DNA of 64,000 nt from an uncultured Planctomycetota bacterium (GCA_963823665.1 CAWGMQ010000004.1:1376001-1440000), one strand, 5' to 3'. Numbered from the stretch's first letter, positions 27,955 through 38,680 are shown. The notes: a model not told the origin generated them from the sequence alone. A program made the numbers and translations.

Positions 27955-28491
27955 TCAAGGGCCGACGGTAGCGAGTTGTTCGCCATGGATCGTCGACGAA
28001 TTCGCCTCAGTCTGATCCAGAAGATCCTTGGCGCGTCTCACTTCATCGGCCGTTCCGTGGGCGACCAGGAGGAGCTTGCCGTTCTTCACCTGGGTCTCGT
28101 ATTGCAGGACACTGTTTTTCGGGATGCCGATGCTGTACAGACCTGCTCCAAGTGCGGTGAGTCCCCCCGTCATGACGGCACCTTCGAGTGCGCCGACGAT
28201 CCACATGACGAGCGGCCCCGCCACAAGCACCTGACCGATGCCAGGCACCCAGAAGAACGCGGAGCCGAACAGCAATCCCCAGAAGCCGCCCCAGAAGGCT
28301 CCGATCTTGCCCCAGTATTTCATGCGGTCGCCAGTGTTGTAGTAGCCGACGACGTTCTCTTCCGTGTGGTAATCCTTACCGACTATCGACAGCTTCTTCA
28401 TGTCGAAGCCGCTCTTTTGAAGCTCGCGGATGGCGTCCTCGGCCCGGTCGTGGGAGTCGAAGGTGGCGACGACAGAGTTCGTGTTGAACAT
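27955..28491 (-). CDS. General stress / YflT-DUF1269-like membrane protein
   Basis: VATFDSHDRAEDAIRELQKSGFDMKKLSIVGKD and glycine-zipper TM segment WGGFWGLLFG. RBS GGAGG. Confidence 0.8.
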   Translation of the reverse strand: MFNTNSVVATFDSHDRAEDAIRELQKSGFDMKKLSIVGKDYHTEENVVGYYNTGDRMKYWGKIGAFWGGFWGLLFGSAFFWVPGIGQVLVAGPLVMWIVGALEGAVMTGGLTALGAGLYSIGIPKNSVLQYETQVKNGKLLLVAHGTADEVRRAKDLLDQTEANSSTIHGEQLATVGP

Positions 28492-28556
28492 CTTGTGGTT
28501 CCTCCAGTGAGATTTCGTTGCAGAATGAATGAAATCACAGAAGCTGCGGCTTGCGC

Positions 28557-28790
28557 TCAGCGCTCCTTTCGGCCGGCGATTTCGAGTTCGTTCCTGATGA
28601 TCGCATGACCGAATACTCGTCGGACCGCTTCCTGGGCGAGTTGTTTCTGGTGGTAGCTGGCGACGCGCCCCTCGAGGATCACAACACTGTCCCGAACGGA
28701 CACTCCGAGTCGTTCAAGGCTGGATAACCGGTTCGCCTCAGTTCCTGTGTCAGACCCTCGGTGAGGCAGGTACACTCGGTCTTCCGTGCC
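28557..28790 (-). pseudogene. Small BON-domain protein, frameshifted; start uncertain
   Basis: ELRRTGYPAL / VSVRDSVVILEGRVASYHQKQLAQEAVRR..IRNELEI. Confidence 0.6.
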
Positions 28791-28999
28791 AGGTTTTGCG
28801 CCGGACACGGTTCGGGATCGTCCTTCCGTTCGACGTTCGTACAAGGGTTAAACAGCATTCGGGGCAATCCTGTCAGAGAAACGCGTGTTGTTGCGACGGT
28901 CAAGGGCACTGTTAGATCAACTCGGTTTCGGATGCGACTCCTTGCTCGGTGCCTTGACATCCCTCCAACAATTCCATCAGTGACATCGGGTGGGCCGAC

Positions 29000-29371
29000 C
29001 TACTGGCGCAAAGCCTCGTGAATCCACGCGGTGGCCACGTCGGCCTTGCTCTCATCGAAGTACCGGACCTTGGCGGTGGTGAACGGCTTGCAGAAGACCG
29101 CCATCCCCGCTTCCCACCGATTCTCGCCTATCAGAGCCAACCGCTCGATGTCAGCGAAATGGTGGAGGTCGAACTTGACATCCTCCCACGCAGCCCCCAT
29201 TGTCCAGCCGTGGAAGCCGTGCATCCGGACCAACATCCGGACCTTGCCGTGGGCCTTGACCGCCCGCTCTACCTCCGGGATGAAGTTCGCGTAGTCTTCC
29301 CTCGTGAGCTTGCCGCTCAAGTTCAGGATCAGAATCTTCCCGCCCGCTTCCTCCTGCAATTCGACGGACAT
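29000..29371 (-). CDS. STAS/SEC14 (SpoIIAA-like) domain protein
   Basis: LSGKLTREDY, HGKVRMLV, FHGWTMGAAWEDVKF, IERLALIG, VRYFD. Confidence 0.85.
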   Translation of the reverse strand: MSVELQEEAGGKILILNLSGKLTREDYANFIPEVERAVKAHGKVRMLVRMHGFHGWTMGAAWEDVKFDLHHFADIERLALIGENRWEAGMAVFCKPFTTAKVRYFDESKADVATAWIHEALRQ

Positions 29372-29820
29372 GGGATGTCTCGTTGTAATTGTTGACTTGC
29401 AATCCATCATGGCAGCCTTGGCCACTTACTGCGCACCGGTTGGTTTCGGCATGACCATCGAACTCGTCCTCAATTGAAGGACTGTTTGGGATATCCTCAA
29501 GAAACAGAATCTCCGCATTCCCGATGGCCAAAAAAAAACCGACGTGCTCGATCGCCACTGTCGGGCGTTCGAGCGCGTCGGGTTACTCTCTGACTGACCC
29601 CCCGGCGCAGCCAGGTTGTCTTTCAGCAAGTCATCCAGCGATTCCGATGTGTTCAGTATCGCGCCTCAGAGCGACGAACGCAAGAGTTTTTCTCGTCGAG
29701 TCTGGCATTATCCATCTCAGGCAGCCCGCGAGACGATAACGCGGTGCTCCGTCGCGACCTCCCGCTGAACGACCTTGCAGATTTTTCGACAGGGAAAAGG
29801 ACCACGCGCTTGCGGACGTC

Positions 29821-30060
29821 ATGAATACGCAGGGGGAAATTGAAGCCGTCATTTGTGAAGGGACGCGGCTCTTCGAGCGGGAATATATCGGCCGTGGCCT
29901 CAAAGACACCCGCGCCCACCTTATCGCGGATTGTATCGTGGTTCGCCTTCAGGTAGTTCTGACCGCGGCCGAACAGCATCTGGTCAAGACATATCCGGCC
30001 GAGAAGGGGAGGGACCTGCTCAAGCAGGTGCGGACCCATCCGATCGAAACGGTTCCGGGT
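29821..30060 (+). pseudogene. DUF2294-family protein, C-terminally truncated
   Basis: TQGEIEAVIC..FEREYIGRG..VVRLQVVLTAAEQHL..KGRDLLKQVRT, after which similarity is lost. Confidence 0.65.
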
Positions 30061-30184
30061 TCCCGGACACGCTACCTAATTCCATTCAACGTCAACGAAA
30101 CGGCCAATGCCACCCCAATGCGACGCCGGGCGTGTTACCAAATCCGTTTAGCAAGTACCGCCCCACTATTCGTCGTAAGTTCAA

Positions 30185-30255
30185 TTCCGGCGGCGGGATT
30201 CGAACCCACACCCTGGTTCCCCAGGAGAAGATTTTAAGTCCTCAGCGTCTGGCAT
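30185..30255 (-). pseudogene. tRNA-Leu(TAA) remnant (3' portion; D-arm/5' end damaged)
   Basis: Minus strand: GAGGA-CTTAAAA-TCTTC anticodon arm, CCTGG-GGAA-CCAGG variable arm, GTGGG-TTCGAAT-CCCGC T-arm, CGCCGGA-A. No complete D-arm. Confidence 0.75.
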
Positions 30256-30259
30256 CGCC

Positions 30260-30510
30260 AGAAAGGACGGGGCGCCCAGTTGCCCGGAATCGAGCCAGCT
30301 CCCGGTTGCTGGCGCCCTCTCCGTGAATCAATTCCCACCACCCGTCCCCACAATTGGATCTTGAATACTTGAAGAACGAGCGACCGTCTGGTGAAACGCC
30401 GGCCGTCGACGGATAAAGTGCCACGTCTCCGTCGATCTGATCAGTGTCTGGATCGGGGATTGGCTTCCAGCGCCGGACTAACCCGTCCAAACCCGCGGAG
30501 TACAAATGGA
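30260..30510 (-). pseudogene. WD40-like repeat gene fragment
   Basis: LYSAGLDGLVRRW and VSPDGRSF within ORF 30242-30640. Confidence 0.35.
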
Positions 30511-30666
30511 CGCGGACTCCAGTAAACGCCGCGACGAACCCGGAGCAGGACACTCGGGCCTGAGGGTGATCCCTCGCCCCGCTTGGCGCTAGGGCGCTTT
30601 GGCCATTCGCAGGCGCTCCGCTCGCCGATCGGAAAGCCACAAACCATCGTCGCCATTAGATTTAGA

Positions 30667-30739
30667 TGGGCGATACAGGACTCGAACCTGTGACCCCCTG
30701 CGTGTAAAGCAGGTGCTCTAACCGCTGAGCTAATCGCCC
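30667..30739 (-). tRNA. tRNA-Val(TAC)
   Basis: GGGCGATTAGCTCAGCGGTTAGAGCACCTGCTTTACACGCAGGGGGTCACAGGTTCGAGTCCTGTATCGCCCA folds into a full cloverleaf. CCA not encoded. Confidence 0.97.
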
Positions 30740-30824
30740 TGGAGAGTGATGCGAATTTGCTGACTTCCCAGGCCGGTGATCGTCCTTCCGGAAACCCAAC
30801 TATAACCCAAAACGAATTTCGACG

Positions 30825-31803
30825 TCACTGCTGGGCGGGCGCCTCGTTCAGCGAGCGCCCGGGCTCGCCCGGAGAGTGAGCTTGCGTCGCTGAAGTTGAT
30901 GAGCCCGCAGTCGCCGGGGGAGCAAGTTGCTTCCCATCGTCGCCCGGTGACACACGGCGAACGGAAACCACCTTCCATCCCGAATCGATCGCTTCGAGTC
31001 TGAACCGGATGAGCGTGAGGCTCAGACGCGTCGGCGGATCGCCGGAGGACGCCAGGCGGTCGGTGGCCGTGGCGTTCACCTCGGCGTGTTCGAGTATGAA
31101 CGGGCCGTCAGCCTTCAATGTATGAAAAGATCGCTTCAGCAGTGCCGCCCAGTCGTTCGGGGCCACGCTTACCTCCATAGCCAGCGACTTCGCATCGTCC
31201 GGCAGCGGAGGTTTCGCCTCCAGAATGAGCATTCTGTATGTGGGGAGGAGTTTCTTGTTCGAAAGGGCGCCTGCCGCGAGCTGCGTGAACACCTTGCCGA
31301 GTTGCTCGGCGCTATCAAAGAGATCGTTCGGGTCGCCACTCTGCATTTTTTTGTAAAGCCCGGATTTCTCGGCTTCGTCCTTGGCCTCGTGCAGCAGCAT
31401 CAAGCAAGTTGGCCGCTGCGCCCAGCTCGTTTTTCGTCTTGAACCGGCCTGCGATGCCGTCGTAGTCAAAGTCGCGCTCGATGCGCGCATGCAACTTACC
31501 CAGGGGTGCGAACGAGCCTTTGAGCAGTCGCTCGCCGGCGGGATTCCGGGTGACTGTTCCAACCGAGCGGATTGCGGGCGGCTCTTCAACAGTGCCGAGC
31601 CTCTTGATCGTGTCAGAATCCTGCGTCGACATGGCCTTCAAGTAGTCGGCAGCGACAGTTTCGACCGGGTCGAGCGACCGCGGCTTGACGCGAGGCCAGG
31701 CGACCATCACTCCCACGGCTGCGACCGCCGCAACCCCTACGACCGCAAAAACAAAAAATGGCCACACTGGCGCGCGTTTCCCTGGCGCGACCGGAAGGGA
31801 CAA
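30825..31803 (-). CDS. Membrane-anchored hypothetical protein; frameshift ~31400
   Basis: N-terminal TM (WPFFVFAVVGVAAVAAVGVMVAW). ORFs 31315-31803 and 30825-31589 join at AAANLLDA/LHEAKDE. Confidence 0.6.
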
Positions 31804-31847
31804 AAGTCGACGAGGTTTCGCGAGGCTCAGGTATCGGTCTGCTCATG

Positions 31848-32264
31848 TCAGGGTCGCTCCCGAGAAGTCGTTCGATCGCGTACGGGCTCCCTGGCTTCGA
31901 GCGCCTTGGCAACGCGCGCCAAGGTCGGGATCAAATGTTGCTCGATCAACTCATTCGTGCGCCAGGCGGATTCGGCCCCGTCGGCAAGGACATTCACGAT
32001 CTCCGCCGCCACCTTGATCAGCCGGCCGACGATCCACGCGGCAAGACCGCTGCCACCCAGCGAGATGAGGGCGATGATCCCGATCACCTGTCGCTCGCCC
32101 CAGGTGAATTGTGAGTCCGAGAGCAGCGATTGAGATTTCTCGAGGAAGATTCCCAGGCCCAGCCCCACGATCCCCAACTGAACGAGCGGAGCCAGCAAAG
32201 CAAGCGTCCGTCGGCCGCGCCGGAGCTCGTCATACCGAGGTCGATCGCTTGGGTATCGATTCAT
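31848..32264 (-). CDS. Hypothetical two-TM membrane protein
   Basis: Two hydrophobic segments; co-oriented with neighbours. Confidence 0.6.
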   Translation of the reverse strand: MNRYPSDRPRYDELRRGRRTLALLAPLVQLGIVGLGLGIFLEKSQSLLSDSQFTWGERQVIGIIALISLGGSGLAAWIVGRLIKVAAEIVNVLADGAESAWRTNELIEQHLIPTLARVAKALEAREPVRDRTTSRERP

Positions 32265-32314
32265 GGGTCACGGGCGCTTCTGGAACGAAGAACATGAACA
32301 GCCGGGCTGCGCCA

Positions 32315-33166
32315 TTATAGTCGCTCGAGGACGTAAAAGCCTCTGCGGAGAGCCGAGGAATGATCACGTACAAAGTGCACGGCTCGATAGGATTGTTCGA
32401 AGGCTTGCTCGAATGCCTGTGCGACCAGCGATCGCCAGGTTTCGGCGAGGACACAATCTTCACTGCGAAGGGCCACGATGTCGTTCGGGATCTCCAGCAA
32501 GAGCCGTGGCTCAGCGCCGTTGGAGATCGGTTTCACGCCAACTGGCACCACGCAACGACGAGGGGTTTCCTTCAGTTCGATCATTCGGGGAAGCCCGGCT
32601 ACCGAATCGAAGGATAGCGGAGCAGGGGGCTCGGTCTCGACATTCCACTCGGCGATGAGCCGGTCAGAGGGCACGCCCGCATTGAGCCGGTCGGTGCGCT
32701 CGCCGTACATGTTTTCGATATAGCGCGTGGCGTGCGCACCGAGACGACTGAGGTTGAAATGGGCGTTGCCGGCTTGAAGCGGATCGAACGACCACGCGAT
32801 TCGCTCGATGCCCTCCTCACGAGCAACCTGGCGCTGAAACAGCTTGATTTCGAAGCCGAGACCTTGCGACTGATACTCGGGAACAACGCCGGTCAGTTGC
32901 GAGTAGAGGCACAGACGCCCTTCGATCCTGCCGAGGAACGCGAACGACATCGCGACGGCTTCACCACCCGGCAGGAACGCTCCCACGACCAGTCCGCCAT
33001 GCAGGTTGGCGCCGACCATCGTTGCCACGGGGATGAGATAGCCGTCCTCGCCGATTCCCCAGGCGCGCTTTTGAGCTTCCTGACAGGTGCGGTAGTCGGC
33101 AATTGAGCGGGCGCGGCGAATGGTGATGTGATCGCCATCGGTTCGATACGACGTTTCTAGAGACAT
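32315..33166 (-). CDS. GNAT-family N-acyltransferase (putative D-amino-acid N-succinyltransferase)
   Basis: LYSQLTGVVPEYQSQGLG, WSFDPLQAGNAHFNLSRLGA, NMYG, SDRLIAEW. Confidence 0.85.
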   Translation of the reverse strand: MSLETSYRTDGDHITIRRARSIADYRTCQEAQKRAWGIGEDGYLIPVATMVGANLHGGLVVGAFLPGGEAVAMSFAFLGRIEGRLCLYSQLTGVVPEYQSQGLGFEIKLFQRQVAREEGIERIAWSFDPLQAGNAHFNLSRLGAHATRYIENMYGERTDRLNAGVPSDRLIAEWNVETEPPAPLSFDSVAGLPRMIELKETPRRCVVPVGVKPISNGAEPRLLLEIPNDIVALRSEDCVLAETWRSLVAQAFEQAFEQSYRAVHFVRDHSSALRRGFYVLERL

Positions 33167-33174
33167 GATCTTAC

Positions 33175-34323
33175 CTACAAACCAAGGAGCAGGCAGAAGA
33201 TGAGGGCGGCGCGTTCAGGGAGCGAGTCGATCAAGATATGCTCGTCGTCGGCATGGGCGCCGGAGCCGCGCGGGCCCAGGCCGTCCAGAGTAGGGATTCC
33301 CAGGGCGGATGTGAAGTTGCCGTCGCTGCCGCCGCCGGTGGATCCCTCGGTGAGCTCGAGGCAGAGAGGCTCGGATCGGGCGAGCCCGCGGGCTTTCTCG
33401 AAGAGAGACCCGTTGGCAGTCGTCCGCTCCATCGGAGGGCGGTTGAACGATCCGCGCAGCCTCAGGCGGATTTCAGGATTGGCGGGCAGAAGCGCGGCCA
33501 GGGCCGATTCGATCCGTGTTTCTTCGGCACGAGTGGCGACCCGGACATCGATCTCAGCCGAGGCGTGCGCGGGCACGACGTTGGTGGTGGTGCCACCTCG
33601 AATCACACCGACATTGATGGTGGTTCCGGCGGCCAGGTCCTGTAAGTCTTCGAGCCTGAGGATCTGGCGAGCGAGCTCCACGATCGCGTTTCGACCCTGC
33701 TGGGGCGCCACGCCGGCATGCGCGGCCTTGCCCTCAATCTCGAGATGAAACCGGCCGACGCCCTTGCGCGAGGTTTTCAGCCCGCCGTCGGCCAGAGCCG
33801 GCTCGAGCACCAGGGCGTAGGCACAATCAACCGCGAGCGTTTCGATGAGCTGGCGCGACGTGGGGCTGCCGATCTCTTCATCCGAAGTGAAAAGCACCCA
33901 GACAGGCCGAGGCAGGGCACACCCGAGTTTCTTGAGCTGTTCCATGACCGTGAGACAGACCACGAGGCTGGCCTTCATGTCGAAGACGCCGGGGCCGTGA
34001 GCTCGACCAGTCTCATCCAGACGAAACGGCATTCGCTCCAGAGTCCCGATCGGCCAGACGGTGTCGAAATGCCCCAGCACCAGGGCCGGCCTTTGGTCGG
34101 CCGGTCCGGACATCCGGCCAATCAAATGGTTTCCTCCGTGGATGTTGGAGACGACCTCGACTGCCGCGCCGGCATCCCGCAATTGGCCGGCCAGGAGCGT
34201 TGCCAGCGCGTCGAGAGCCGGCTTGTGGTGGCTGGGCGACTCGACGCTCACCAGCTCCGCCACGCGACGAATCATCGCCTGCTGAACATCCCCGGCGAAT
34301 TCGGAAGGTCCCCCGACGGCCAC
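33175..34323 (-). CDS. M20 metallopeptidase (putative N-succinyl-amino-acid desuccinylase)
   Basis: LGHFDTVW, GPGVFDMK, SDEEIGS, GKAAHAG, GGGSDGN, GAHADDE. Confidence 0.88.
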   Translation of the reverse strand: MAVGGPSEFAGDVQQAMIRRVAELVSVESPSHHKPALDALATLLAGQLRDAGAAVEVVSNIHGGNHLIGRMSGPADQRPALVLGHFDTVWPIGTLERMPFRLDETGRAHGPGVFDMKASLVVCLTVMEQLKKLGCALPRPVWVLFTSDEEIGSPTSRQLIETLAVDCAYALVLEPALADGGLKTSRKGVGRFHLEIEGKAAHAGVAPQQGRNAIVELARQILRLEDLQDLAAGTTINVGVIRGGTTTNVVPAHASAEIDVRVATRAEETRIESALAALLPANPEIRLRLRGSFNRPPMERTTANGSLFEKARGLARSEPLCLELTEGSTGGGSDGNFTSALGIPTLDGLGPRGSGAHADDEHILIDSLPERAALIFCLLLGL

Positions 34324-34333
34324 GTGAACTCCT

Positions 34334-35440
34334 TTAAACTGAGAGCAGGAACTGGCGAATCGTTCGGGACCGGATGCGGGCTTCGATCGGCTCGACGCCA
34401 AGGCCGGCGGACGTCGGGACGCCGACTGCCCCTCGCTGGGCAAGAATCGGCGGTGCCACGAGATCTTCTGCGTAATACTTGTCGGAGCCGGAAACATCGC
34501 CTGGAAGCGAGAACCCCGGCAGCGATGCGATCGCCACGTTGGCCGCCCGGCCGATGCCGAACTCGTGCATTCCTCCGCACCATACGGGCACTCCACGCTC
34601 GTAACAATGATCGTGAACACGCTTGGCTTCAAGCAAGCCTCCCAGGCGGCTGACTTTGATATTGATCACGCGGCAGGCTCCCAGGTCGAGAGCCTTGCGG
34701 GCGTCGGCCACGGAATGGATGCTTTCGTCCAGGCAAATGGGCGTCTTCAGCGACTCCTGAAGCCGCGCGTGGTCGATGATGTCGTCGTCGGCGAGAGGCT
34801 GCTCGATCAAGAGCAGGTCAAAATCGTCAAGCTGCTTGAGCGTCGGCAAGTCTTCGAGCGTGTAAGCAGAGTTCGCATCGACCTGGAGCGGGATGTGCGG
34901 GTAGCGGTCGCGCACGCGGCGCACCACATTGACGTCCCAGCCCGGCGCGATCTTGAGTTTGATGCGGCGGTAGCCTTCATCGAGGTAGCGACCGATCAAG
35001 TCCAGCAGGGATTCAACGCGGGATTCGATACCCAGGCTCACTCCCGAGAGGATTTCCGTGCGGGTTCCTCCCAGAAGCTCGTTCAACGGTTGGCCACATG
35101 TTCTGCCCAGCAGGTCCCAGCATGCCATTTCCAGCCCGGCGCGTGCAAAGCGATTACCCTTGACTCGCCCGTAAAAGGCCGTGAGCTCATCGACGGTTGA
35201 CCAATCTCGACCGATCACGCCCGGGACCAGGAAATCGCGGAGAACGTGCCAGCACGTTTCGGTGGTCTCCGGGCAATAGTACGGGTCAGACGGACTGGCG
35301 CATTCGCCCCATCCGATCACGCCTTTGGCGACAGCCCGCACGATGATATGGTCGAGGTAGTCCTTTCGGCTCGAGCTGGTCTGGAACGGCCGGACCAGGG
35401 GAAGGCGGACCATTCTGAGCTCGACCTGCTCGATCCGCAT
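34334..35440 (-). CDS. menC: o-succinylbenzoate synthase / N-succinylamino acid racemase (enolase superfamily)
   Basis: RIKLKI, VDANSAY, IEQPL, LDESI, NIKVSRLGG, WCGGMHE, LPGDVS. Confidence 0.9.
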   Translation of the reverse strand: MRIEQVELRMVRLPLVRPFQTSSSRKDYLDHIIVRAVAKGVIGWGECASPSDPYYCPETTETCWHVLRDFLVPGVIGRDWSTVDELTAFYGRVKGNRFARAGLEMACWDLLGRTCGQPLNELLGGTRTEILSGVSLGIESRVESLLDLIGRYLDEGYRRIKLKIAPGWDVNVVRRVRDRYPHIPLQVDANSAYTLEDLPTLKQLDDFDLLLIEQPLADDDIIDHARLQESLKTPICLDESIHSVADARKALDLGACRVINIKVSRLGGLLEAKRVHDHCYERGVPVWCGGMHEFGIGRAANVAIASLPGFSLPGDVSGSDKYYAEDLVAPPILAQRGAVGVPTSAGLGVEPIEARIRSRTIRQFLLSV

Positions 35441-35541
35441 GGATATTCCGCACTGAAAAATGCTCGAATGGTTCCGACGCAGCCCCCAGGTTCGGCATTT
35501 CGCGCTGACATTGCAAGACACCGAGGCTGGCGAGCGTTAGA

Positions 35542-35709
35542 TATCGCGGGCAATACCTGGTCGTGATCCCCAAGCACCGCATCGTCGCCGTCCGGCAACT
35601 TCGGGCTCCGAACATGGAAGCGACCAAGACAGACGATTTCGGCGAGTCTAGCCAGAAAGTGCAGGACCTGGTCCCGGGGAAGCCGACGGCCGCTCCGGCA
35701 GGAGGTTGA
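35542..35709 (+). pseudogene. C-terminal remnant of a serine hydrolase (beta-lactamase fold)
   Basis: My translation: YRGQYLVVIPKHRIVAVRQ...DDFG...stop. No upstream coding part. Confidence 0.45.
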
Positions 35710-36038
35710 ACGGCTGTCGCATCTGACTGAACGGACGTGCAATTCGTTTTCCGCAGGCGCGGTGGGATCAGAGATCAACGAATTCTCCTGGCGACCGCTC
35801 TCGAACGGTCGTGAGCACAGGAGGCTCAAGCTTGCGAAGACGGCTTCGTGGCCTTTTTGCGGGGCATAACACTGAACGCCGGTCTTTGAGCGTGTGCGGA
35901 ATGGGAAATCGCTTGAGATCGGCTCGGCGGATGTTAAACTAGTTATTAACGTCAAAGGCTCCCTCATCGTGCGTGACGGCGAGCCAGCCTTGCAGATCCT
36001 GCCAGACTTTCCTACCTGCCTGCTAAGGAGCTGACATC

Positions 36039-37415
36039 ATGACCGAGCCCATTCCGACCACTTCGCGCCGAAGCTTCCTGGGAACGACGGGCTTGGCCGC
36101 CGCGGGTTCTGCCCTGGCAGGCGTCGCGATTCCCGCGGTCCATGCGGCCGAGGACAACACGATTCGCGTGGCCTTGATCGGCTGCGGAGGACGAGGCACG
36201 GGGGCGGCCGGTGATGCACTTTCGACCCGGCAGGGTCCGATCAAGCTCACCGCAATGGCCGACGTCTTCGAGGATCGGCTTTCCTCGAGCTATGAGACAT
36301 TGGTCAAGGAACATAAAGACAAGGTCGACGTGAGCTGCGAGCACAAATTTATCGGCTTTGACGCCTACAAAAACGCGATGGATTCCTTGAAGCCGGGCGA
36401 CGTGGTGATTCTTTCGACGCCGCCGGCCTTTCGCTGGGTGCACTTCACCTATGCGATTCAGAAGGGGCTGCACACGTTCATGGAGAAACCGGTGACGGTC
36501 GACGGACCGACCACGCGCCGGATGATCGCCTTGGGAGAAGAGGCGAAAAAGAAGAACCTGAAGGTGGGTGTCGGGCTCATGTGCCGGCACTGCGAGGCGC
36601 GCGGCGAGCTGCTCAACCGCATCAACGACGGCGCGATCGGTGACATTGTGTTATTGCGGGCCTATCGCCAGACTGGGCCGGTCGGTTCCGCGCTTACCGG
36701 CCCGAAGCCCGACGGCATCAGCGAGCTGCTCTACCAGATCAAGCGGTTCCACGCGTTTCTGTGGGCGAGCGGCGGCTGTTTCAGCGACTTCTTGATCCAC
36801 AACATCGACGAATGCTGCTGGATGAAGGGCGCCTGGCCGATTTCGGCCAAGGGCTCCGGCGCTCGTTGCTATCGCGGCGACTACATCGACCAGAACTTCG
36901 ATACCTACTCCGTTGAATACACCTTTGCGGACGGCAGCAAGATGTTTCTGGAGGGGCGGAATATCGACGGCTGCAATCAGGAGTTCGCCAGCTACGCGCA
37001 TGGAAGCAAGGGCTCGGCGGTCATTTCGTCCAATTCGCACAGCCCGGCGAGGTGCAAGATCTACAAGGGACAGAACATGCGGCGGAGCGACATCACCTGG
37101 GCGTTCCCCCAGCCCGAGCCGAACCCGTACCAGGTGGAATGGGACGACCTGATCCACGCCATCCGCAAGGACAAGCTCTACAACGAGGTGAAGCGCGGCG
37201 CCGAGGCCAGCCTGGTCACATCAATGGGCCGCATGGCCGCTCACACCGGGCAAATCATCACTTTCGATGACATGCTCAACTGCAAGTGCGAGTTTGCCCC
37301 CGAAGTCGATAAACTGACCATGACCAGCCCGGCGCCGCTGCAGGTTGACAAACTGACCAAACGATATCCTGCTCCACAGCCCGGGATTGTCACCGACCGC
37401 GAATACCTGGCTTGA
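36039..37415 (+). CDS. Tat-exported Gfo/Idh/MocA oxidoreductase
   Basis: SRRSFL signal, LIGCGGRGTG, FMEKPV, IHNID. RBS AAGGAG. Confidence 0.9.
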   Translation: MTEPIPTTSRRSFLGTTGLAAAGSALAGVAIPAVHAAEDNTIRVALIGCGGRGTGAAGDALSTRQGPIKLTAMADVFEDRLSSSYETLVKEHKDKVDVSCEHKFIGFDAYKNAMDSLKPGDVVILSTPPAFRWVHFTYAIQKGLHTFMEKPVTVDGPTTRRMIALGEEAKKKNLKVGVGLMCRHCEARGELLNRINDGAIGDIVLLRAYRQTGPVGSALTGPKPDGISELLYQIKRFHAFLWASGGCFSDFLIHNIDECCWMKGAWPISAKGSGARCYRGDYIDQNFDTYSVEYTFADGSKMFLEGRNIDGCNQEFASYAHGSKGSAVISSNSHSPARCKIYKGQNMRRSDITWAFPQPEPNPYQVEWDDLIHAIRKDKLYNEVKRGAEASLVTSMGRMAAHTGQIITFDDMLNCKCEFAPEVDKLTMTSPAPLQVDKLTKRYPAPQPGIVTDREYLA

Positions 37416-37436
37416 GGAAAAATCGACATCGAAGGG

Positions 37437-38680
37437 ATGGCAACGAATTCGGGTCCATCGACGAAAGCGCCCGGCGCCAGGCGGATCTCGTCGATGGACC
37501 AGTTCCGGGGCTATACCGTCGCCGGCATGTTCGTCGTCAACTTCGTGGGTGGGCTTGCGGCCTTTCCCGAGGTGCTCAAGCATCACAGCGGCCTGCCGTA
37601 TCTCAGCTATGCTGATACGATCATGCCGAGTTTCATGTTCGCGGCTGGGTTTTCGTATCGGCTGAGCGCACTCAAGCGGTTTGCGCGTATCGACATTTCG
37701 TGGTCCGCAGCCTGGCGCTGGTCCTCATATCGCTGGTCATGTACGCGGGCAAAGATGTCGAATTCAAGCAGTGGACACCGACCTACGACTTGCAGCAGAG
37801 GGCGTGGCGGGTTGTCGGCACGCTGTTGAAGGCGAACTTATGGGAGGTGCTGGCGATCATCGGGGTCGTGCAGATATTGATCCTTCCCGTGATCGCCGCG
37901 AGCACGAGAGCCAGAGTGATCGCCTGCGTCGACTGCGCGACGATTCATCTGCTGATCTCTTATTCGTTTAACTTCGCGTTCGTTTATGGAAAACCGAACT
38001 GGATGGACGAACGAATCTGGGGATTGACCGGTGAGTCGGCGTGGGACGGCGGATTCTTCGGTCCAATTGGCTGGGCAATTCCCATGTTGCTGGGAACGGT
38101 TGCGTTTGACGTTTTATCGCGTAACGGACCGTGGAAATCTGCGGTGAAAGTGCTCGGCTTGGGATTGGGCCTCATGACGCTCGGGTATGGATTCAACTGT
38201 CTGACCACGCTGTATGACACAGACAAAGGGAACGTGAAGGTGGTTGATGACGTGGCCGAGAGCCCTGTCGTTCCTCCGGTCGGAAACGCGGCGAATCGGG
38301 AGTTGGCCACGCTTCTCGCGCCACCGCCATTTGCGCAGCCGCCGCCGATCAAGATCCGCCCGCACAACTACTGGATGATGAACAAAAAGGTTGTGAGTCT
38401 TCCGTTCTCGCTTTTCTCGTCGGGGTTTGCCCTGGCTCTCTACGCGCTTTTTGTGCCATTGTGCGACGTGTGGGGAATCTCGATCGGAGTATTTCGGACG
38501 CTGGGAACGAACCCGCTAGCGGCGTACATCATTCACCACGCAGTTGAAGGGGCGGTACTCGGTGTGGTTCCAGACGATTCGCCTCTCTGGTACGGTTGCG
38601 CGGGGCTTCTCGTCTTCTTCACGATTAGCTATCTATTCGTGCGTTATCTCGAAAAACACGGATACTACTTGAGGCTCTGA
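37437..38680 (+). CDS. Heparan-alpha-glucosaminide N-acetyltransferase-like membrane protein; frameshift ~37690
   Basis: [43 protein letters not shown]; multiple TM segments. Confidence 0.75.

Noticed and set aside
28500..29820. FNR/CRP-type anaerobic operator upstream of the cassette
   Set aside because: No convincing TTGAT-N4-ATCAA match found by eye.
30185..30261. Functional tRNA-Leu(TAA)
   Set aside because: D-arm is incomplete and the spacing from any acceptor 5' strand is too short; treated as a remnant.
34334..35440. Menaquinone biosynthesis cluster
   Set aside because: No other men genes; the M20 and GNAT neighbours indicate the NSAR context.
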